DNA of 9,433 nt from Balanoglossus misakiensis (Eukaryota; Animalia; Hemichordata): assembly GCA_040954595.2 (NCBI GenBank), contig CM082593.2, positions 10,419,944 to 10,429,376 of the forward strand, in the 5' to 3' direction. The notes beneath the pieces are model-generated. The model was not told the DNA's origin and searched no databases. It saw nothing but the letters and a program-made list of their open reading frames with translations. Of this stretch, positions 1 to 9,014 are shown one piece after another. The stretch's first letter is position 1. Every line of letters starts with the position of its first letter. The translations under genes and the position numbers were made by a program.

Positions 1-245
1 CTAACCCCTAACCCTAACCCCTAACCCTAACCCTAACCCTAACCCTAACCCTAACCCTAACCCTAACCCTAACCTAACCCTAAACCCTAACCCTAACCCT
101 AACCCTAACCCTAACCCTAACCCTAACCCTAACCCTAAACCCTAAACCCTAACCCTAACCCTAACCCTAACCCTAACCCTAACCCTAACCCTAACCCCTA
201 ACCCTAACCCTAACCCTAACCCTAACCCTAACCCTAACCCTAACC

Positions 246-286
<41 letters not shown>

Positions 287-324
287 CCCTAACCCTAACC
301 CTAACCCTAACCCTAACCCTAACC

Positions 325-365
<41 letters not shown>

Positions 366-455
366 CCCTAACCCTAACCCTAACCCTAACCTAACCCTAA
401 CCCTAACCCTAACCCTAACCTAACCCTAACCCTAACCCTAACCCTAACCCTAACC

Positions 456-487
<32 letters not shown>

Positions 488-553
488 CTAACCCTAACCC
501 CTAACCCTAACCCTAACCCTAACCCTAACCCTAACCCAACCCTAACCCTAACC

Positions 554-594
<41 letters not shown>

Positions 595-3185
595 CCCTAA
601 CCCTAACCCTAACCCTAACCCTAACCCTAACCCTAACCCTAACCCTAACCCTAACCCTAACCCTAACCTAACCCTAACCCTAACCCTAACCCTAACCCTA
701 ACCCTAACCCTAACCCTAACCCTAACCCTAACCCTAACCCTAACCCTAACCCTAACCCTAACCCTACCCTAACCCTAACCCTAACCTAACCCTAACCCTA
801 ACCCTAACCCTAACCCTAACCCTAACCCTAACCCTAACCCTAACCCTAACCCTAACCCTAACCCTAACCCTAACCCTAACCCTAACCCTAACCCTAACCC
901 TAACCCTAACCCTAACCCTAACCCTAACCCTAACCCTAACCCTAACCCTAACCCTAACCCTAACCCTAACCCTAACCCTAACCCTAACCCTAACCCTAAC
1001 CCTAACCCTAACCCTAACCCTAACCCTAACCCTAACCCTAACCCTAACCCTAACCCTAACCCTAACCCTAACCCTAACCCTAACCCTAACCCTAACCCTA
1101 ACCCTAACCCTAACCCTAACCCTAACCCTAACCCTAACCCTAACCCTAACCCTAACCCTAACCCTAACCCTAACCCTAACCCTAACCCTAACCCTAACCC
1201 TAACCCTAACCCTAACCCTAACCCTAACCCTAACCCTAACCCTAACCCTAACCCTAACCCTAACCCTAACCCTAACCCTAACCCTAACCCTAACCCTAAC
1301 CCTAACCCTAACCCTAACCCTAACCCTAACCCTAACCCTAACCCTAACCCTAACCCTAACCCTAACCCTAACCCTAACCCTAACCCTAACCCTAACCCTA
1401 ACCCTAACCCTAACCCTAACCCTAACCCTAACCCTAACCCTAACCCTAACCCTAACCCTAACCCTAACCCTAACCCTAACCCTAACCCTAACCCTAACCC
1501 TAACCCTAACCCTAACCCTAACCCTAACCCTAACCCTAACCCTAACCCTAACCCTAACCCTAACCCTAACCCTAACCCTAACCCTAACCCTAACCCTAAC
1601 CCTAACCCTAACCCTAACCCTAACCCTAACCCTAACCCTAACCCTAACCCTAACCCTAACCCTAACCCTAACCCTAACCCTAACCCTAACCCTAACCCTA
1701 ACCCTAACCCTAACCCTAACCCTAACCCTAACCCTAACCCTAACCCTAACCCTAACCCTAACCCTAACCCTAACCCTAACCCTAACCCTAACCCTAACCC
1801 TAACCCTAACCCTAACCCTAACCCTAACCCTAACCCTAACCCTAACCCTAACCCTAACCCTAACCCTAACCCTAACCCTAACCCTAACCCTAACCCTAAC
1901 CCTAACCCTAACCCTAACCCTAACCCTAACCCTAACCCTAACCCTAACCCTAACCCTAACCCTAACCCTAACCCTAACCCTAACCCTAACCCTAACCCTA
2001 ACCCTAACCCTAACCCTAACCCTAACCCTAACCCTAACCCTAACCCTAACCCTAACCCTAACCCTAACCCTAACCCTAACCCTAACCCTAACCCTAACCC
2101 TAACCCTAACCCTAACCCTAACCCTAACCCTAACCCTAACCCTAACCCTAACCCTAACCCTAACCCTAACCCTAACCCTAACCCTAACCCTAACCCTAAC
2201 CCTAACCCTAACCCTAACCCTAACCCTAACCCTAACCCTAACCCTAACCCTAACCCTAACCCTAACCCTAACCCTAACCCTAACCCTAACCCTAACCCTA
2301 ACCCTAACCCTAACCCTAACCCTAACCCTAACCCTAACCCTAACCCTAACCCTAACCCTAACCCTAACCCTAACCCTAACCCTAACCCTAACCCTAACCC
2401 TAACCCTAACCCTAACCCTAACCCTAACCCTAACCCTAACCCTAACCCTAACCCTAACCCTAACCCTAACCCTAACCCTAACCCTAACCCTAACCCTAAC
2501 CCTAACCCTAACCCTAACCCTAACCCTAACCCTAACCCTAACCCTAACCCTAACCCTAACCCTAACCCTAACCCTAACCCTAACCCTAACCCTAACCCTA
2601 ACCCTAACCCTAACCCTAACCCTAACCCTAACCCTAACCCTAACCCTAACCCTAACCCTAACCCTAACCCTAACCCTAACCCTAACCCTAACCCTAACCC
2701 TAACCCTAACCCTAACCCTAACCCTAACCCTAACCCTAACCCTAACCCTAACCCTAACCCTAACCCTAACCCTAACCCTAACCCTAACCCTAACCCTAAC
2801 CCTAACCCTAACCCTAACCCTAACCCTAACCCTAACCCTAACCCTAACCCTAACCCTAACCCTAACCCTAACCCTAACCCTAACCCTAACCCTAACCCTA
2901 ACCCTAACCCTAACCCTAACCCTAACCCTAACCCTAACCCTAACCCTAACCCTAACCCTAACCCTAACCCTAACCCTAACCCTAACCCTAACCCTAACCC
3001 TAACCCTAACCCTAACCCTAACCCTAACCCTAACCCTAACCCTAACCCTAACCCTAACCCTAACCCTAACCCTAACCCTAACCCTAACCCTAACCCTAAC
3101 CCTAACCCTAACCCTAACCCTAACCCTAACCCTAACCCCCTAACCCCCTAACCCCCTAACCCCCTAACCCCCTAACCCTAACCCT
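1..3185 (-). repeat. Telomeric array (TTAGGG)n, read as (CCCTAA)n on +; left chromosome end
   Basis: Continuous CCCTAA units from base 1, apparently perfect from ~790 to 3135, with scattered 1-bp indels in 1-790. The C-rich strand at the 5' start of the sequence is the orientation expected for a true left end. TTAGGG is the repeat of vertebrates, many other animals, many fungi and some protists. Confidence 0.98.
3136..3175 (-). repeat. Proximal telomere variant repeats (TTAGGGGG)5
   Basis: Five consecutive CCCCCTAA units at 3136-3175, followed by CCCTAA CCCT (3176-3185) and then the satellite. Confidence 0.9.
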
Positions 3186-3759
3186 CAAAGGTCAAGGGTA
3201 AGGGTTCAAAATTCTAGAAGTTTGAGTTAAGGGTCAAGGGATGAAGGGTCAAAGGTCAAGGGGTAGAGTTCAAGATTTGGAGATCAAGGATCAATGGGTC
3301 AAGGGTCAAGGATCAAAGTTCAAGGGTCAAAGGTCAAAGGTCAATGTTAAAAATTATATTTGAGTCAAAGGTCAAGGGTTAAGGTTGAAAGTCAAAAAGT
3401 ATTAGTTAAGGGTCAAGGGGCGAGGGTTGAAGGGTCAAAGGTCAAGAGTTTGATTTCATGAGTTGGAGATTAAGGATCAAGGGGTCAAGGGTCAAGGATA
3501 AGAGTTGAAGTTCAATGGTCTGACCAATGATTAGAGTTCAAGGGTCATTGGTTATAGGTCAGGGGTCAAGGGTTGACGGTCAAAGGTCAAGGGTAATAGT
3601 TCAAGAGTTGGATATCAATGATCAAGGGGTCAAGGGTCAAGTATTAAAGTATGATGGTCAAATGGTCAAGGGTCAAGGGTCAAAAGTCAAGGGTCAAAGG
3701 TCAAGATTAAAAGTTAGATGTGAAGGGTCAAAGGTCATGGGTGAGAGTTCAAAGTTCAA

Positions 3760-4275
3760 AAAGTCTGAGTTTAGGGTCAAGGGGCAAAGGTTGAAGGGTC
3801 AAAGGTCAAGGGTTGGATTTCATAAGTTGGAGATCAATAATCAAGGAGTCAAGGGGCAAGGGTCAAGGGTTAGAGTTGAAAGGTCAAAGGTTCAAGGCTC
3901 AAGGGTCAGAGGTCATGGTTCAAGGGTCAAGGGACCAAGAGTCAGTCGCCATGTATTAGAGTTTAATGGTCAAGTGATAGAGTTCAAGGGTCAAAGGTTG
4001 TAGTTCAAGAGCCAAAGGTCAAGGGTTAGAGTTCAAAGGTTAAAAAGTTTGAGTTAAGGTGTCAAGGGTTGATGGGTCAAAGGTCAAGGGTTAAGGATTA
4101 GAGTTCAAGAGTTGGAGATCAAGGATCAAGGGGTCAAGGGTAAAGGATTAGAGTTGAATGCTCAACAGTCTGACCAAGTATTAGAGTTCAAGGGTCAAAG
4201 GTTATAGTTCAAGGGTCAAGGGTTGAAGGGTCAAAGGTCAAGGGTTAGAGTTCAAGAGTTGGAGATCAGGGATCA
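3760..4275 (+). repeat. Satellite block R, copy 1 (second copy ~5725-6240)
   Basis: The distinctive marker GGGACCAAGAGTCAGT is at 3931 and 5896, and the two ORF stops are at 4003 and 5968; both give an offset of 1965. Confidence 0.85.
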
Positions 4276-5724
4276 AAGGGCCAAGGGTCAAAGGTCACGG
4301 TTAAAAGTTAGATTTGAAGGGTCAAAGGTCAAGGGGTAGAGTTCAAGATTTGGAGATCAAGGATCAATGGGTCAAGGGTCAAGGATTAAAATTCAAGGGT
4401 CAAAGGGTCAAAGGTCAAAGGTCAAAGGTCAATGTTATAAGTTAGATTTGAGTCAAAGGTCAAGGGTTAAGGTTCAAAGTTCAAAAAGTATGAGTTAAGG
4501 GTCAAGGGGCGAGGGTTGAAGGGTCAAAGGTCAAGGGTTGGATTTCATGAGTTGGAGATCAAGGATCAAGGGGTCAAGGGTCAAGGGTCAAGTATTAGAG
4601 TTGAAGGGTCAAAGGATTGACCAAGGATTAGAGTTCAAGGGTCAAGGGTTATAGGTCAGGGTTCGAGGGTTGAAGGTTCAAAGGTAAAGGGGTAGAGTTC
4701 AAGAGTTGGAGATCAAGGATCAAGGGGTCAAGGGTCAAGGATTAAAGTTTAAGGGCCAAAGGTTCAAGGGTCAAAAGTCAAAGGTCAATGTGAAAAGTTA
4801 GATTTGAAGGGTCAAAGGTCAAAGGTTAGGGTTCAAAGTTCAAAATGTTTGAGTTAAGGGTCAAGGGGCAGGGGGTGAAGAGTCAAAGGTCAAGGGTTTG
4901 ATTTCATGAGTTGGAGATTAAGGATCAAGGGGTCAAGGGTCAAGGATAAGAGTTTAAATTCAACGGTCTGACCAATGATTAGAGTTCAAGGGTCATTGGT
5001 TATAGGTCAGGGGTCAAGGGTTGAAGGTCAAAGGTCAAGGGTTATAGTTCAAGAGTTGAATATCAATGATCAAGGGGTCAAGGGTCAAGTATTAAAGTAT
5101 AAGGGTCAAAGGGTCAAGGGTCAAAAGTCAAGGGTCTAAGGTCAAGATTAAAAGTTAGATTTGAAGGTTCAAAGGTAATGGGTGAGAGTTCAAGATTTGG
5201 AGATCAGGGATCAAGGGGTCAAGGGTCAAAGATTAAAGTCCAAGGGTCAATGGGTCAAGGGTCAAGGGTCAATGGTCAAGGATCAAAGGCCAATGTTATA
5301 AGTTAGATTTGAAGGGTCAAAGTTCAAGGGTTAGAGTTCAAGAGTTGGAGATCAAGGATAAAGGGTCAAGGATTAAAGTTCAAGGGTCTAAGGTTCAAAG
5401 GTCAAAGGTCAAAGGTCAATTTTAAACGTTAGATTTGAAGGGTCAAAGGTCAATGGTTAGGGTTCAAAGTTCAAAAAGAATGAGTTAAGGGTCAAGGGTC
5501 AAGTATTAGAGTTGGAGGGTCAAAGGATTGACCAAGGATTAGAGTTCAAGGGTCAAGGGTTATAGGTCAGGGTTTGAGGGTTGAAGGTTCAAAGATAAAG
5601 GGGTAGAGTTCAAGAGTTGGAGATCAAGTATCAATGGGTCAAGGGTCAAGGATAAAAGGTCATGGTCAAGGTTAAAAGTTAGATTTTAAGGGTCAAAGGT
5701 CAAGGGTTAGGGTTCAAAGTTCAA

Positions 5725-6240
5725 AATGTTTGAGTTAAGGGTCAAGGGGCAAGGTTTGAAGGGTCAAAGGTCAAGGGTTGGATTTCATAAGTTGGAGATC
5801 AAGAATCAAGGAGTCAAGGGGCAAGGGTCAAGGGTTAGAGTTCAAAGGTCAAAGGTTCAAGGTTCAAGGGTCAGAGGTCAAGGTTCAAGGTTCAAGGGAC
5901 CAAGAGTCAGTTGCTATGTATTAGAGTTTAATTGTCAAGTGATAGAGTTCTCGGGTCAAAGGTTGTAGTTCATGAGTCAAAGGTCAAGGGTTAGAGTTCA
6001 AAGGTTAAAAAGTTTGAGTTAAGGGGTCAAAAGTTGATGGGTTAAAGGTCAAGGGTTAAGGATTAGAGTTCAAGAGTTTGAGATCAAGGATCAAGGGTTC
6101 AAGGGTCAAGGATTAGAGTTGAAGGCACAACAGTCTGACTAAGTATTAGAGTTCAAGGGTCAAAGGTTATAGTTCAAGGGTCAAGGGTTGAAGGGTCAAA
6201 GGTCAAGGGTTAGAGTTCAAGAGTTGGAGATCAGGGATCT
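5725..6240 (+). repeat. Satellite block R, copy 2
   Basis: Collinear with ~3760-4275 at offset 1965; shares the GGGACCAAGAGTCAGT, GTCAAGTGATAGAGTTC and CAACAGTCTGAC markers. Confidence 0.85.
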
Positions 6241-6282
6241 AAGGGTCAAGGGTCAAGGATTAGAGTTGATGTGTTAAACGGT

Positions 6283-7090
6283 CTTTACCCCAATGTATTC
6301 CCACTGGCCCCCCTCCCATCTCCACCCTGGCCTCCTTCACCAAAACCGCACCAGACCCATAATGCCTCTATCTCTTACACCACACCTTACACCCACCACA
6401 ACTTGTAACACTTGACTTAAAGATTGGCATCCAAATCCAAACTCTACCAATGCAACTCCAACAATACAACATCAGGACTCTATTACAAACCAAAACCTAC
6501 CATTTCTAGCAAATACACGACCAAAGATTTGATCCCATATATCATCCTTCCACACTCATCGCGAATCCTTACTAGAACCTCACCTTAACAGACCCAATCC
6601 ACTCCTTACCTCAAACCTCAACCCGAAGTCAATCCCAGAATTGTACTCTTAAAAAATACGTTATTACTCAAACACCAATCACCGATCAAACTCCAAATTT
6701 CAACTAAGGCTCACTACCTTGTCAGCTATCACCACTACCAGCCAACTTTACCCCAACATATTCCCATGCCTCCCTATCACCACCCCGACCTCCATCCCCA
6801 AAACCGCACAAGACCCACCACAAATTTAAATCCTGGAATTAACCCAAACTATCATAACTCAAACATCCCAAACCAAATCAAAATTGACACTAACCCTATC
6901 ATTACCAAATACTCGAAGACCACCCAAAAAACTCTTAACGTAAAGATTGGCATAATCCAAACGCATTCCCAACTAAACAACACCAAAACGCTTTTACGAA
7001 CCAAAACCTACAATTTTTATACATAACCAAAGATCCTAACCATGGAAGAACTCACTTCTGTCAATAATACAAACTCCTACTAATCCTCTC
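6283..7090 (+). repeat. C/A-rich block of two diverged direct copies (starting ~6283 and ~6746)
   Basis: Collinear anchors: CTTTACCCCAA..TATTCCCA 6283/6746; CAAAACCGCAC.AGACCCA 6341/6799; AGATTGGCAT 6421/6944; CAAAACCTAC 6491/7002; ACCAAAGAT 6520/7027. Confidence 0.85.
6766..7026 (+). pseudogene. Possible decayed coding fragment of unknown origin (86-aa ORF; disrupted counterpart at ~6320-6509)
   Basis: The ORF segments QNRTRP and LNVKIGII...KTLLRTKTYNF correspond to QNRTRP and LDLKIGIQ...RTLLQTKTYHF in copy 1, where they lie in different frames with stops. I recognise no domain. Confidence 0.25.
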
Positions 7091-7434
7091 TGCCAGCTAT
7101 TTCATAAAATGTATTTATTTAGGCTTCAAAACAATGGAAATTAACATGAATCATATTTTTGAAAATTGCACAAATTAAATTATCATTTTGAATTCAAAAA
7201 CAACCTATTTTTAGGCTTAAAACATTGAAATCAATTTTTTTTCGAAAATACTATGAAGCACCCTCATTTTGATAAAAAAAACTATTTAATACGATATAAA
7301 ATGATGTTATATGCACATTGTATATTTTGAAAAAAATATGATTAAATAAACAATCGATGCATAAATACAAGCATATTTAAAGCTCTTATACAGTAATATA
7401 TTATTCTTAAACCTTTCTTTGTATATATGATAAA

Positions 7435-7836
7435 AAACTAATTATTTGGGAATGAAAACTGTTTAAAACGATACTAAAACAATGCTTGTTTCATATTTCA
7501 GGTTTTAAATAAAAATGATACGTAAAGCATTTTAAAGTTAAATACAAACTTATTTAGGCATAAAAAGCACCCTGAGATCATTATTTAACCCGTCTTTGAA
7601 ATTAGATATGAAACGCATTATTTTTCACTTAAAGGGTTTAATTCGGTATAAAATCGTTTTTATTCACATTGTTTACTTCAAATGAAAATGTTTTAACAAG
7701 ATATTTTATTATGAATGCAACATGATTAAAGGCTTCAGAACACTTTAAATTCATTCTAAATCATTTCTTTGAATATGCTACAAAATAACCATTAATTTGT
7801 GCACAAAAACTTTAAATACAATACTAAAACGATATT
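7435..7836 (+). repeat. Inverted repeat IR1, left arm (pairs with 8614-9014)
   Basis: AAACTAATTATTTGGGAATGAAAACTG (7435...) is the reverse complement of CAGTTTTCATTCCCAAATAATTAGTTT (...9014). The match runs with few mismatches through CACCCTGAGATCATTATTTAACCCGTCTTTGAAAT and GCAACATGATTAAAGGCTTCAGAACAC to AAAACGATATT (7836, pairing with 8614). Confidence 0.93.
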
Positions 7837-8242
7837 AAAAGCTTTAAATCGAGAGAAAATTTTTAAAAGGAATCTAGAATGTTTAAAAGCCGAAATAAGG
7901 GTGTGTTTGAGTTAGAAAGCACTATCTATTAATTTTTATTCAAAACGTGTGATATGGAAAAAATATCGTTTTGAACAGTTTTTGGGCCCTAATAAAGGAT
8001 GGTTTTGTATTGTGTTCAAACAAAGGTTTTAGAATGATTAAACACTTTTACAAAACCTTAAATAGGGGTGTAATTATATAGAAATTGCTTTCTAAATCAT
8101 TACCATTAAAAATACGCTTTGTGAATATGACATTGATTTTATAAGGTATTAAACATTTTTTGTGAGAAATTTAAGCGTGTTATAGAAAAAAAATTCAAAA
8201 AGGTTTTTAATAATGAAACTACATTGTTTTTTAGCCTAAATA

Positions 8243-8654
8243 AGTGGTTTTGAATTTAAAATGCTTATTGAATCGTTTTTATTTAATACATGCGATATGA
8301 AACTAACAACGTTTTTAGTATCGTATTGAGCAGTTTTCTTGCCAAATAATGTTTTTTTGTAATGCATTCAAAAGAGACTTTAGAATGATAAGCAAAACAT
8401 TGATATTGCTTATTAAATCATTTTCATATTAAAAACTTAATTTTGGTTTATTTGATTTTTATTCAATACATATACGAATAAAAACATCTTATATCAGTTT
8501 TTGGAGTTAATTATATTTTCAGATGAAAATAATTCGCAAGCCTAAAAATATTGGGTGTTTTTGAATTTGAAATCAATATCTAATAATTTTATTTAAAAGT
8601 GCGTTATGGACCAAATATCGTTTTATTATTGTATTTAAAGTTTTTGTGCACAAA
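8243..8654 (+). repeat. Inverted repeat IR2, left arm (pairs with 9012-9433; probably extends further)
   Basis: AGTGGTTTT at 8243 pairs with AAAACCACT ending at 9433. GTGCGTTATGGACCAAATATCG (~8599-8620) pairs with CGATATTTGGTCCATAACGCAC (~9046-9067). CAGATGAAAATAATTCGCAAGCCTAAAAATATT pairs with ~9114-9146. Confidence 0.93.
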
Positions 8655-9014
8655 TTAATAAATTTTGTAGCAAATTCAAAGAAATCATTTAGAATGATTT
8701 TAAAGTGTTCTGAAGCCTTTAATCATGTTGCATTCATGTTAGAATCGCTTGTTAAAACATTTTCATTTGAAGTAAACAATGTGATAAAAAACGATTTTAT
8801 ACCGAATTAAACCCTTTAAGTGAAAAATAATGCGTTACATATTAAATTTCAAAGACGGGTTAAATAATGATCTCAGGGTGCTTTTTATGCCTAAATAAGT
8901 TTGTATTTAACTTTAAAATGCTTTACGGATCTTTTTTTTTAAAACCTGAAATATGGAACAAGCATTGTTTTAGTATCGTTTTTTAAACAGTTTTCATTCC
9001 CAAATAATTAGTTT
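8614..9014 (-). repeat. Inverted repeat IR1, right arm
   Basis: Reverse complement of 7435-7836; the spacer is 7837-8613. Confidence 0.93.

Larger units (their letters stand above)
3186..6284 (+). repeat. Subtelomeric degenerate heptamer satellite (GGGTCAA/AGGTCAA core) with higher-order modules
   Basis: Dominant 7-bp units GGGTCAA, AGGTCAA and GAGTTCAA. A recurring module GAGTTCAAGAGTTGGAGATCAAGGATCAAG has its TTGGAGAT core at ~3277, 3463, 3827, 4112, 4259, 4350, 4552, 4706, 4911, 5197, 5345, 5617, 5792 and 6224. The + strand is G/A-rich and both boundaries are sharp. Confidence 0.95.

Noticed and set aside
1-790. Variant telomere units (CCTAA, CCCCTAA, CCCTAAA, CCCTA)
   Set aside because: These are isolated 1-bp indels concentrated at the distal end. 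They are most simply explained as low-coverage long-read errors and cannot be called biological without the reads.
3176-3210. Classic end-to-end telomere fusion site
   Set aside because: A fusion reads (TTAGGG)n then (CCCTAA)n. Here the order is CCCTAA then G-rich sequence, the opposite arrangement.
3527-4003. 158-aa ORF rich in QGSRVKG
   Set aside because: QGSRVKG is simply the translation of (CAAGGGT)3, a stop-poor satellite unit. Homologous blocks elsewhere in the array do not keep the full frame.
5726-5968. 80-aa ORF resembling the C-terminal half of the 158-aa ORF
   Set aside because: The similarity comes from the 1965-bp-offset satellite duplication and is not independent evidence of coding.
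3186-6284. CRISPR-like repeat-spacer array
   Set aside because: There is no constant repeat with unique spacers; the intervening sequence is itself repetitive and the context is eukaryotic.
6766-7026. 86-aa ORF as a functional gene
   Set aside because: It is short, with a composition (P, T, N, K, H) dictated by the C/A skew, no recognisable domain and a disrupted sister copy. Kept only as a low-confidence relic.
6283-7090. Mitochondrial insertion (NUMT), suggested by the C/A-rich, G-poor skew
   Set aside because: I recognised no mitochondrial protein, tRNA or rRNA sequence; a BLAST search would be needed to exclude it fully.
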